Part shown: one piece after another, positions 21,093 to 30,392 of the stretch
How positions within the stretch are numbered: position 1 is the first letter of the stretch
Layout: every line of letters begins with the position of its first letter
DNA from: Candidatus Eiseniibacteriota bacterium
GTDB taxonomy: Bacteria; Eisenbacteria; RBG-16-71-46; JABDJR01
NCBI GenBank assembly: GCA_963762255.1
Contig: CAVXKA010000002.1
Coordinates: 192,001 to 256,000 of the forward strand
DNA: 64,000 bases
Direction of reading: 5' to 3'
Notes under the pieces: generated by a model
The model's database searches: none
The model's input: the letters and a program-made list of their open reading frames with translations, nothing else
What the model was told of the DNA's origin: nothing
Made by a program: the position numbers and the translations under genes

Positions 21093-22664
21093 ATGCGTCT
21101 CAACACTTTCATCGGTCACCGGATACCCCAGGCACTGGCGGCGGCCTTCTTGACCGCGGTCGCCCTCGGGACATCGCCTCGCGATAGCCGGGCCGACGTG
21201 GAGCGGATCCGCGAAAAGGCCGTCGAGCTGGACCAGAAGCTCAACAAGCAGGGCTTCGAGGTCGCGGTCCGCGGCACCCCCCCGAACTCGACCCGCGTGT
21301 TCAAGGACTTCGACTTCATCCTCAAGAAGTCCAAGGTGGATGAAGTCGCCGAGGCGGAGAGCACCGATCCGCGGGCGAAGCGTCTGCGGCTCTACCTCGT
21401 GGAGTCGATCGTCGCCGCGGAAATCGCCACGTACGAGGACGACCTGCTCAAGTTCGAGCAGACCAGCACGGCCAACGTCGACGGCAAGGACCTGAGCTAC
21501 GGCGAGTTGACCCGCAAGCTGGCGCTCGACGGGGACGACGCGATGCGGCGCAAGCTCTACTCGGCCCTGGCGCCTCTCTTCGAGACTCAGGCTGTCTTCA
21601 AGGGCGACATCCTCAAGCGGCGCAACGAGAGCTTCCAGCCATGGGGATTCCAGAACTTCGCGGAGTTCTATGCGGCTCGCGAGGGGCTCGACCTCGACCG
21701 TGTGGCGAGTCAGGCCGATGAGCTCCTCCAGGGCACCCAGGCGATCTACGATTCGCTCTTCGCCATCATGGCCACGCGCTACCTCAACACCGAGCCCCGC
21801 AAGGTTCGCTATTACGATCTGCCGTACCTGACTTCGGGGGTGCCCTTCGAAGGCGCGTTCCCCGAGGGCGGGCGGGCCCAACGCGTGAAGGCGGTGTTCC
21901 AGGGGCTGGGAGTGAACCTGCCGGGGGAGAGCGGACTCACCTTCGACGGGGACGCCCGTCACGGCAAGGCAGCGCAAACGAAGGTCTTCCCGGTCATGGT
22001 GCCCGGCGATATCAGGGTGAGCGTCAATCCCATGGGGGGCGTGCGCGACGACGCGGAAACGCTCTTCGGTCTCGGCATGGCCGGCATCTTCCTGTATTCC
22101 GATCAGACGGCCTTCGAGCCGGCCTATCTGCCGAACGGCAGCGCGCAGGCGGCCCTCGCGTATCTGCCGCGCTTCGTCTTGGACGAGCCGGCGTGGATCG
22201 AGGCGCAGGCCAAGGGAGACCTCGACAAAACCGCCTACGGGACGTTCCGTCTCTTCAGCCTGCTCTATGATGCTCGCACTCTGGCCGCCCAGGCGCGATT
22301 CGAAATCGATGCCTATCGCGGGGCAGCGGATCTCGAGGCGGAGTTCCGGACCTTGATGGAAACGGCGACAGGGGCGCGTCTCTCCGCGAGCGATGCCAAG
22401 CGCGCGCTCAGCGTGCTCAGCCAGCTTCGATCGGCCAGCCAGTTCGAGGGGCTCCTCCTCGCCAGCGCCATGCACGAGCGACTCGGCGCCACCCACGGCA
22501 AGACCTGGTATCAGGATGGTAAGGTGGGGCCGATGCTCAGAGACCTTTGGAAGCAGGGAGGCGCTCTCACCGTCGAGACGATCGGCACCGCCTGTGGCGA
22601 TGCGCGGCCGGACACCGCTCCCTTTATCAAGCACATCGATACCTTGCTCGCGGCGGCCCGGTAG
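21093..22664 (+). CDS. Exported M3-family oligopeptidase-like protein lacking the HEXXH zinc motif
   Basis: Signal peptide; RRN...GFQNFAEFY and FPVMVPGDIRVSVNPMGG resemble M3-like peptidases, but the expected HExGH position reads FGLGM. Confidence 0.55.
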   Translation: MRLNTFIGHRIPQALAAAFLTAVALGTSPRDSRADVERIREKAVELDQKLNKQGFEVAVRGTPPNSTRVFKDFDFILKKSKVDEVAEAESTDPRAKRLRLYLVESIVAAEIATYEDDLLKFEQTSTANVDGKDLSYGELTRKLALDGDDAMRRKLYSALAPLFETQAVFKGDILKRRNESFQPWGFQNFAEFYAAREGLDLDRVASQADELLQGTQAIYDSLFAIMATRYLNTEPRKVRYYDLPYLTSGVPFEGAFPEGGRAQRVKAVFQGLGVNLPGESGLTFDGDARHGKAAQTKVFPVMVPGDIRVSVNPMGGVRDDAETLFGLGMAGIFLYSDQTAFEPAYLPNGSAQAALAYLPRFVLDEPAWIEAQAKGDLDKTAYGTFRLFSLLYDARTLAAQARFEIDAYRGAADLEAEFRTLMETATGARLSASDAKRALSVLSQLRSASQFEGLLLASAMHERLGATHGKTWYQDGKVGPMLRDLWKQGGALTVETIGTACGDARPDTAPFIKHIDTLLAAAR

Positions 22665-22688
22665 CCGGCGAGCATTGGAGAACCCAGC

Positions 22689-23369
22689 GTGACCGATAGA
22701 CTCAGCAAGCAGCAGCTCAAGGAAGACCCGTTGATGAAGTCGACCGCCGAGGCGGCGGACTTCGCTCGTCACCACAGCCGGCTCATCGTGGGAGCGGCGG
22801 CCGGGCTGCTCGTCCTGGCGGCGGCGATCTACTTCGTCCAGGCCGGGGGACAGCGTGCGAACGAACGGGCCGCAGGGATGCTCGCCGATGCGCGTGGCGA
22901 CTACCAGCGAGGCGCCCTGGACCCCGCCGCGACCCGCCTGGAGGAGCTCCTGAGCACTTCCGGTGGAACGGCGTCCGGGAAGCAGGCGCTCATCCTGTAC
23001 GGAGACGTTCGCTACGCCCAGGGCCGCTATCAGGACGCGGCCGGCTACTACCGCCGGGCGATCGACAAGTTCAAGGGCGATCCGATTCTGGGAACGGCCG
23101 CTCGGCGGGCCCTTGCCGCGACTCTCGAGAACATGAAGGAGTACGACGAGGCCGCCAAGATCCACGAGGAGTTGCTGGCCTCCGAGAGCACCGGATTGCT
23201 CCGCACGCAGGCCCAGCTCGACCTTGCGCGAAACCTGCTTCGCAGCGGCCAGACCGATCGCGCGAAGGCCTTGTACGAAGAGGTCTCGGTCAACCAGGAC
23301 AATCCGCTCGCTGCGCAGGAGGCCCAACTGCGCCTCGCCGAAATCAAGACCGCCCAGACGACGGGATAG
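22689..23369 (+). CDS. Membrane-anchored TPR protein (YfgM-like)
   Basis: N-terminal RLSKQQLKED, single TM helix, then TPR repeats. Confidence 0.75.
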   Translation: MTDRLSKQQLKEDPLMKSTAEAADFARHHSRLIVGAAAGLLVLAAAIYFVQAGGQRANERAAGMLADARGDYQRGALDPAATRLEELLSTSGGTASGKQALILYGDVRYAQGRYQDAAGYYRRAIDKFKGDPILGTAARRALAATLENMKEYDEAAKIHEELLASESTGLLRTQAQLDLARNLLRSGQTDRAKALYEEVSVNQDNPLAAQEAQLRLAEIKTAQTTG

Positions 23370-23377
23370 GCGTCCCG

Positions 23378-23451
23378 CACTGAGCGGTCGCGGCTTGCCG
23401 AGTCAGGCCGCGATCACTGAGCGGTCGCGGCTCACCGATCCAGGCCGCGGT
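23378..23451. repeat. Two tandem 37-bp palindromic (REP-like) units
   Basis: CACTGAGCGGTCGCGGCTtgccgagtCAGGCCGCGAT / CACTGAGCGGTCGCGGCTcaccgatcCAGGCCGCGGT; each folds into a hairpin. Confidence 0.8.
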
Positions 23452-23491
23452 GGGAGATGTAGAACCTCCGCCGCGGCCTTCGTGTATCCAG

Positions 23492-23581
23492 GCCCGACGT
23501 GACCACGACGCTCGAAGTGACCTCGACGCATGGCGTGACTTCGACGCCCGGCATGACTTCAATGCCCGACGTGACCCCGAC
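23492..23581. repeat. Five degenerate 18-bp tandem repeats
   Basis: GCCCGACGTGACCACGAC, GCTCGAAGTGACCTCGAC, GCATGGCGTGACTTCGAC, GCCCGGCATGACTTCAAT, GCCCGACGTGACCCCGAC. Confidence 0.85.
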
Positions 23582-23648
23582 CCGGGGGACGCGGAGGCCG
23601 GTCTGCCTCAATCCAGGTTCAGGCTCGCCTGGGAGGACCGTTTGTTAG

Positions 23649-23676
23649 ATGTCGCATAATATATATTATGTAAACC
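23649..23676 (+). other. dif: dif site (XerC/XerD chromosome-dimer resolution site)
   Basis: ATGTCGCATAA-TATATA-TTATGTAAACC, compared with E. coli GGTGCGCATAA-TGTATA-TTATGTTAAAT and B. subtilis ACTTCCTAGAA-TATATA-TTATGTAAACT; AT-rich island in GC-rich intergenic DNA at the gene-strand switch. Confidence 0.92.
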
Positions 23677-23835
23677 TAAAGATGGCACCCCCGGCAGGCG
23701 TCGATTCACAGGGATCCGCCTCGCTCCCCCGAAAAGCCCCTTCCGCTGCGCTCAGGCTTCTCCGAGCCCATACCCCGACCGCATGGCCGAACTGTCTACG
23801 CGCGCGCTCTCTACCGGCCGGGCTTCGTGCGTTCT

Positions 23836-26408
23836 CTACCGCCCCGGCACGATGTTCAGGAGCTTGCCGGGCACGTAGATGACCTTCGCGGGGTCCTTCC
23901 CGCCGAGGTGCTGGCGCACGTTGGCGTCAGCGAGCGCCCGGGCGCGCACGTCGGCCTCGGCGGCGCCCACCGGAACTTCGATCCGGGCTCGCACCTTGCC
24001 GAGGATCTGCACGATCAGGGTGAAGCTCTCGCGCCGGACCGCGGCGGCATCGTGGCGTCGGGATCGGCTGCCCGAAGATGCTCCCGGAGTGACCGGTGCG
24101 CTCCCAGAGTTCCTCGGCCACGAAGGGCGCCATGGGGGCCAGCAACACCAGGAGCCGATCCACGGACTCCCGGAGCGCGGCGCCGTCGGCGGTTGCCGGA
24201 CCGGGCTCGAAGCCCGGGTTCTGCACCGCCAGGGACATCGTGTTGACGAGCTCCATGAGGGCCGCGATCGCCGTGTTCATCGAGAACCGGTTCAAGTCCT
24301 CGTTCACGCGCTGCACGGTCTCGTGGGTCTTGCGATGGAGCTCCCGGCCCATCTCGGAGAGGCCGGTTGCGTCCACCGCGGTCTCGGGGGGCGCCATCGA
24401 GGGGCCGCGATCCACCGCGATCCTCCAGAGCCGGGACAGAAATCGGTAGGTCCCTTCGACGCCGCGGTCGTCCCATTCGGCGTCCTTGTCCGGAGGGCCG
24501 ATGAAGAGCGTGTAGAGCCGCACGGTGTCGGCGCCGTATTTCTCGATGAGATCGCGCGGCGCGACCACGTTGCCCTTCGATTTGGACATCTTCTCCAGGC
24601 GCCCGGTCTTGGGACTCAGCTTGCAGATCATGCCCTGGGTGAAGAGCCGGGCGAAGGGCTCGCGGAAGTTCACCAGGCCCTCGTCGGCCAGGAACTTGGT
24701 GAAGAACCGCGCGTACATGAGATGCAGGATGGCGTGCTCGACCCCGCCGATGTACTGATCCACCGGGAGCCAGCGGTTCACGACCGCGCTGTCGAAGGGG
24801 CGCGTCTCGTCGCGCGGCGACAGGTAGCGCAGGAAGTACCACGACGAGTCGACGAACGTGTCCATCGTGTCGGTCTCGCGAACTGCGGGGCCGCCGCACG
24901 CGGGACAGACGGCGTGCTTGAAGGACGGATGGCGCGCGAGCGGGCTGTCTCCCTTCGGCTGGAAATCGGCATCGTCGGGGAGGAGCACCGGGAGATCCTT
25001 CTCCGGCACCGGCACCGTGCCGCATTTCTCGCAATAAAGGATCGGGATCGGCGCCCCCCAGTAGCGCTGGCGGGAGATGAGCCAATCGCGTAACCGATAC
25101 GTGACGGTGAAGTCCCCTTCTCCCCTTTCCTTCAGCCATTCCCCGATGCGCCGCATCGCGTCGTCGTTGGATAGCCCGTCGAAGGGGCCGGAGTTCACCA
25201 GCACGCCCGGTCCCACGTAGGCCTCGGTGAGCTTGTCGCCGCGGCCGCTCGCGGTCTCGGGGGCCGTATCGGCGTTCCGGATCACCAGATGGATGGGAAG
25301 GCTGTACTTCTTCGCGAACGCGAAGTCGCGCTCGTCGTGGGCAGGCACGGCCATGACCGCGCCGGTGCCGTACTCCATCAGAACGTAGTTGGCCACCCAC
25401 ACCGGCGACCGGTTCGCCGGTGATCGGGTTCAGCACGCGGCGGCCGGTGTCGAAGCCGACCTTCTCCAGATCGGGATCGGCCTGCCGAGCCGTCCGCTGG
25501 TTGCGCATCTGCTGGATCTCCGCCTGGAGCCGCGCGCGTTCCGGATGGCCGGCCAGAAGCCGCTCCACCAGAGGGTGCTCCGGCGCAAGCACGACGTAGG
25601 TCACGCCGCCCAGCGTGTCGATGCGGGTGGTGAAGCACTCCACCTCGAAGGGCTCGCCGACGCCCAGAAACCGCAGGGTGACGCCGTCGCTGCGACCGAT
25701 CCAATTGCGCTGCATGGTGCGCACGCGGTCCGGCCATTCATCCAGGCCGTCCAGATCGTCCAGGAGCGCTTGCGCGTAGTGCGTGGTCTTGAAGAACCAC
25801 TGCGAGAGCTGCTTCTGCTCGACGGTCGTCCCGCACCGCTCGCACGCCCCGTCCACCACCTGCTCGTTGGCCAGCACGGTGACGCAGGACGGGCACCAGT
25901 TGACCGGCGCGCTTCGCTTCTCGGCCAGTCCGCGCTTGAACAACTGCAGAAAGATCCACTGCGTCCAGCGGTAATAGCCCGGATGACAGGCCGCGATCTC
26001 GCGCGACCAGTCGAGCCCTATCCCCCACTCGCGAAACTGTGCCTTGAACTTGCCGATGTTGTCGAAAGTCCACTGGCGGGGATGGATGTTCCTCTGAATG
26101 GCGGCGTTCTCGGCGGGGAGCCCGAACGCGTCCCAGCCCATCGGGGCCAGGACCTCGTAGCCCTCCATGATCTTGCGGCGCACCACGACGTCGCCCAGGA
26201 TGTAATTGCGGCCGTGTCCCACGTGAAGATCGCCGGAGGGGTACGGAAACATGTTCAAGCAGTAGTACTTCGGCTTCGGCGAACCGGTGTCGCAGGCGAA
26301 GAGGCTCTCCGCCGACCACCGGTCGTACCACTTGGACTCGAATTCGCGGAACGGGAAACCCCGTCCGTGCTCGCTCCGCTCCGTCGTCTTGGATTCAACG
26401 CTGTCCAC
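23836..26408 (-). CDS. leuS: Leucine--tRNA ligase, with two apparent +1 frameshifts (about 25406 and 24052)
   Basis: [47 protein letters not shown] and KMSKS; C-terminal VQILGKVR...[12 protein letters not shown] lies in a third frame; 2573 bp = 857 codons + 2. Confidence 0.95.
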
Positions 26409-27375
26409 GTGCAGATCCCTCTTGCGCCATCCGCGCCACACGATCCGATTCCAACTTGATGTACTCGAACGATGTTGTCTGCGCCGCCTCGTGCAGTCGG
26501 GCCACACCTTCGCCGGTCCTGCCCACGCCGATGAGCGCGGTGCCGCAGAAGAAGAGGGCCTGGTCCCGCCGGTCCCCTTGCGGGAACCGCGCCAGGTAGT
26601 CCTCCAACCCCGGGAGCGCGGCAGCGTACTCGTGGGCGAACAGATGGGTCAACGCCCCGTCGAGGGTCACGTCGCCGCTCAGGTCCTTCGCCCGCGTGCT
26701 GGACAGCGCCGCCACGTGCGCGAGCACCGCGCGGGCCTCCTCGTAGCGCCCCACAGCCAGAAGCACGTCCGCGTACGTGTAGAGCGCATCCGCGTCGGCG
26801 GGACGAGCCGCCGCTGCGGACTGCGCCTCGTCGAGAGGCTCGCGCACGGCCAGGAACGCCGACAGCATCGCCGCGTACTCCTCGGGCGGCCGGTACCCGA
26901 CGATGCGCCCGATCTCCCTCCCGCTGCGGCTCAGGAGCACGCTCGTCGGGTAGGAGCTCACGCGGAGCAACGCGGCGAGCGCCTTCTCGCGATCTCCGTT
27001 CACCCGAACCGGCACCACGAACCGCATGAGCCCGCCAAATCCGGGGTCGACAAAGGTCGTTCGCTCGAGCTTGCGACACCATCCGCACCAATCGGTGTAG
27101 AAGGTGACGAGAACCGGGCGGCGATTGAGCAGCGCCTTCTCCAGACCCACGCTGTAGTTCGTCAACCACGCCACGTTGCCGACCTGCTTCTCCCACGCCG
27201 CCGTGCTCGCAGCGGTCGGGCTGGCGGTTGGAGTAGGCGCCGGGGTGGCGGTTGCCGTGGGTGCCGGGGCGGAGATCACCGTGGGCGCCGGGGCAGAGCT
27301 CGCCGTGCCCTGCGCGGAGGTTCCGGCGGCAAGCACGGCGAAGGCGATGGCGGCGATCCGGGTCGCGGCGCTCAC
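26395..27375 (-). CDS. Exported thioredoxin-fold protein with TPR domain
   Basis: Signal peptide, Pro/Thr/Ala linker, FYTDWCGWCRKL, cis-Pro loop SYPT, then TPR helices. Confidence 0.8.
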   Translation of the reverse strand: MSAATRIAAIAFAVLAAGTSAQGTASSAPAPTVISAPAPTATATPAPTPTASPTAASTAAWEKQVGNVAWLTNYSVGLEKALLNRRPVLVTFYTDWCGWCRKLERTTFVDPGFGGLMRFVVPVRVNGDREKALAALLRVSSYPTSVLLSRSGREIGRIVGYRPPEEYAAMLSAFLAVREPLDEAQSAAAARPADADALYTYADVLLAVGRYEEARAVLAHVAALSSTRAKDLSGDVTLDGALTHLFAHEYAAALPGLEDYLARFPQGDRRDQALFFCGTALIGVGRTGEGVARLHEAAQTTSFEYIKLESDRVARMAQEGSARGQR

Positions 27376-28403
27376 GGGTTCGACCCGCAGATCGCGACCA
27401 GCGCCTCCTCGACGACGACCCGCGAGTTCTTCCCCGTCGACTTCAGAGTCCGGTCGGCCCCCGCCAGAGCGAGGAGACCGCGCCCCAAGGCGTCCCGCGT
27501 GAACTTCGGCAGAGCGGCCTCCACCAATGCCCAGCGTTTCTCCCACATTTTGAGAGCCGCGCGCACCTCGCCGGTCCGGAGGCCGCTGTCCACGAGATCC
27601 CGCGCGCGGGCCACGTCCTGAAGGAGGTGCGTGAGGTTGGCAATGATGCGCACCTCGGTGTTGTCGCGGAATAGCAAGGCGCCGTCCAGGGCGCGCAGCG
27701 CCCCGGAGAGATCGCGCGCGGCCGCGCTCCCGGAAATGGCGTAGAGCAGGTTCTCGTCCGCCCGGCGGCCGATCACGCCGAGGTCGTCCTCGGTGATCGT
27801 GTCGCGCGACCCCACCGCCATCGCCGTCTTCTCGATCTCCGGGGCGATCTCGCGCAGGGATACGCGCTCTCCCGCGCCCGCACCGCAGAGATCGATCAGA
27901 GCCTGGGCGGTCGCGTCGTCACAGCGCTTGCCGAGGTCTCGGAAACGGATCTGGATCCACTTGCGCGTATCGGATTCGAAGGGGATCCAGAAGATAGCCG
28001 GCTCCGCCCCCGCGTTGACGAGCCGCTGACAGAAGCTGTCTCGCAGGTTCGCATCCGCGCTCAGCACCAGAGCCGTCTCCGGGCACGGTCGGGCCACATA
28101 GGCAAGGAGGCGATCCCGGTCCCCTCGGTTGAGGCCATCCACATCGCGAAGATGAATCGCGCGCCGCGCGGAGAACATGGGCAGCGTTTGGCACGCGATC
28201 AGAATCGCGTCGATCCCGTCATCCCCTCCCCGGAATCGATTGACGTTGAGGGAGGCCATCGCCTCGTCCACCAGCTTCGCAGCGAGGATGCGGAACAGCT
28301 CGTCCTTGAGATAGTCCTCGGGGCCGGCCCATAACCAGACCGGCGGGATGCTCCCCCGCTCGACGGCGCGGCGAACCTCGAGCGATCCGGCGTCCTTCCC
28401 CAC
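27372..28403 (-). CDS. holA: DNA polymerase III delta subunit
   Basis: PVWLWAGPEDYL, CQTLPMFSARR, EIEK and ADRTLKSTG; adjacent to lptE and leuS. Confidence 0.88.
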   Translation of the reverse strand: MGKDAGSLEVRRAVERGSIPPVWLWAGPEDYLKDELFRILAAKLVDEAMASLNVNRFRGGDDGIDAILIACQTLPMFSARRAIHLRDVDGLNRGDRDRLLAYVARPCPETALVLSADANLRDSFCQRLVNAGAEPAIFWIPFESDTRKWIQIRFRDLGKRCDDATAQALIDLCGAGAGERVSLREIAPEIEKTAMAVGSRDTITEDDLGVIGRRADENLLYAISGSAAARDLSGALRALDGALLFRDNTEVRIIANLTHLLQDVARARDLVDSGLRTGEVRAALKMWEKRWALVEAALPKFTRDALGRGLLALAGADRTLKSTGKNSRVVVEEALVAICGSNP

Positions 28404-28922
28404 TACCACCCCTCTACGGTGCGCGACAGCGCGAAATCCACGATCTGCTTGATGGCGAGTACGCGGGCGCCCTCTTCGGTGGTCACGGTCTGGCCCGCGC
28501 CACCCACGTAGTAGGAGGCTACGCCGCGCACGTTCTCCTCGCTCCAGAGGTCTTTCCCCTTCACCCGGTCGCGCAGGGTCATCTTGACCACCATGAGCAC
28601 GATGTACTCCTGCGCCTGCTGCTCCGCGTTGAATCCGAACACACGGTTCTCGTAGCCGGTGATGTCGGCCTCGAGCACCGCGTCGGCGTCCTTCTGGACG
28701 ACGCGAAGTTGGTTGTTGGCCACGAAGCGGTCCGTGAGGGCGCCGGTCAGGTCCTCGGTGAGGGCCACCTCGAGCGTCTGGTTCTCCACCACCGGGATCT
28801 GGAGGGACTTGAGGTGGCTCGGAAGCGACGGGTTGAACGTGTAGGCGCAGCCGGCGAGGATCTAGCGCGCCGGCAAGGATGGCGGATCGGGTGGATGTGA
28901 TGGCGCCGATGATGCGTCGCAT
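28403..28922 (-). CDS. lptE: LptE-family lipoprotein (apparent +1 frameshift near 28861)
   Basis: Lipobox LAGC-AYTF then LPSHLKSLQIPVVENQT...DADAVLEADITGY; signal peptide is in the adjacent frame. Confidence 0.75.
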
Positions 28923-28963
28923 GCGGCAAGGCTACGGCATGCGGCGCGGTGGGGCAAGCGCCC

Positions 28964-30392
28964 CTACGCCGCCTGCCGCTTCCCCGGACGATTCATGTTG
29001 TAGAGCTTCATCCGGTACCTGAGCTTGTCGCGCTTCAAGCGCAAGAGATCCGCGGTACGGCTCTGGTTCCACCCGGTGAGGTCGGACGCTTTGATGATGA
29101 GGAGTTGTTCGATCTCGGCGAGGAGATCCTCGAACGCGATCCCCTCGGGGGGCATCCCCGCATCCTCCAGAATCTGCTCGAGCCGCGCCACCGGGGAATC
29201 GGTGTCCCTCGTGGTGCGCCCGCTCCCCAGCTTGAGCATCTCGGCTTCCACCCGCGTCCCGTTCTCGAGCAGCACCGTGCGCTCCATCAGGTTCTTGAGC
29301 TCGCGGATGTTACCCGGCCAGGGGTAGTTGAGCAGCGCCTGCTCCGCCTCGGGGCTGAATCCCTGGAACGGCTTCGTGAACTGATGCGAGAACGCGTACA
29401 GGAAATGCTTGGCCAATGCCAGGATGTCTTCGCGCCGCTCACGCAGCGGCGGCACCCGCAGCGGCACCACCTTGAGGCGATAGTAGAGGTCCTCGCGGAA
29501 CCGTCCCTCCTCGCACATCTTCTGCAGATCCTGGTTGGTCGCGCTGATGATGCGCACCGAGACGGTGATGTCCTTGGTGCCGCCGACCCGCCGGAAGGTC
29601 ATGCGCTCGAGCACGCGCAGCAGCTTCACCTGGATCTGGAGGCTCATCTCCCCCACCTCGTCCAGGAAGAGCGTGCCGCCGTTGGCCATCTCGAGGAGCC
29701 CCTGCTTCTGCGTGCGCGCGTCGGTGAAGGCCCCCTTCTCGTGCCCGAAGAGTTCGCTCTCCAGGAGTTCCTCGGGGATGGCCGCGCAGTTGATCTCCAG
29801 GAACGGCTTGTCGCGCCGGCTGGAGAGATCGTGGATCATGTTGGCGAGGAGTTCCTTGCCTGTCCCGCTCTCCCCCGTGATGAGGACGCTGGTGGAGTCG
29901 GAGGTGGCCACCTGCTCGACCGTCTCGTAGACCTCGCGCATGCGCGGGCTCTCGCCCCGCACGAGGTCGCGCGAGAAGCGGTCGGACTGCTGCCGCCGGA
30001 GATGGTGGAGTTCCCGCCAGAGCTTGCGGCTCTCCAACGCCTTCTCCACCGTGATGAAGAGCTGCTCCAGGTTGATCGGCTTGTTGATGTAGTCGAACGC
30101 GCCCAGCTTCATCGCCCGCACCGCCGACTCCACGTCGCCGAAGGCGGTCATGATGATGACCTGCAGATCGGCGTCGTCCTCCTTGAGCTTCTTCAGCACG
30201 TCGAGACCGTGCATGTCGGGCAGCCGCAGGTCGAGGAGCACGAGGTCAGGGCTCCTGTCGCGCCACGACCTGGAGGCCCTCGCGGCCCTCCCCGGCTGTG
30301 GACACCTGGTAGCCCTCGTCCAGCATCGCCTTCTCGATGAAGTGGCGGATCGACTCCTGGTCATCTACGATGAGTATGTGCGCGTTAGTCAT
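28964..30392 (-). CDS. Sigma54-dependent response regulator (REC-AAA+-HTH), apparent +1 frameshift near 30250-30270
   Basis: MTNAHILIVDD in one frame; LLDLRLPD, GESGTGKE, ELFGHEKGAFTDA and WPGNIREL in the next; Fis-like HTH. Confidence 0.92.

Noticed and set aside
23378-23581. CRISPR array
   Set aside because: Repeats are directly tandem and degenerate with no unique spacers, and there are no cas genes in the window
23492-23581. matS (MatP) sites
   Set aside because: Units share only the GTGAC half-site and are not the GTGACRNYGTCAC palindrome; MatP is known from gammaproteobacteria
23836-26408. Naturally split (alpha/beta) LeuRS or programmed frameshifting
   Set aside because: Removing one base at each of two sites restores a normal 856-aa protein; no slippery sequence or internal SD is evident, and neighbouring genes show similar indels
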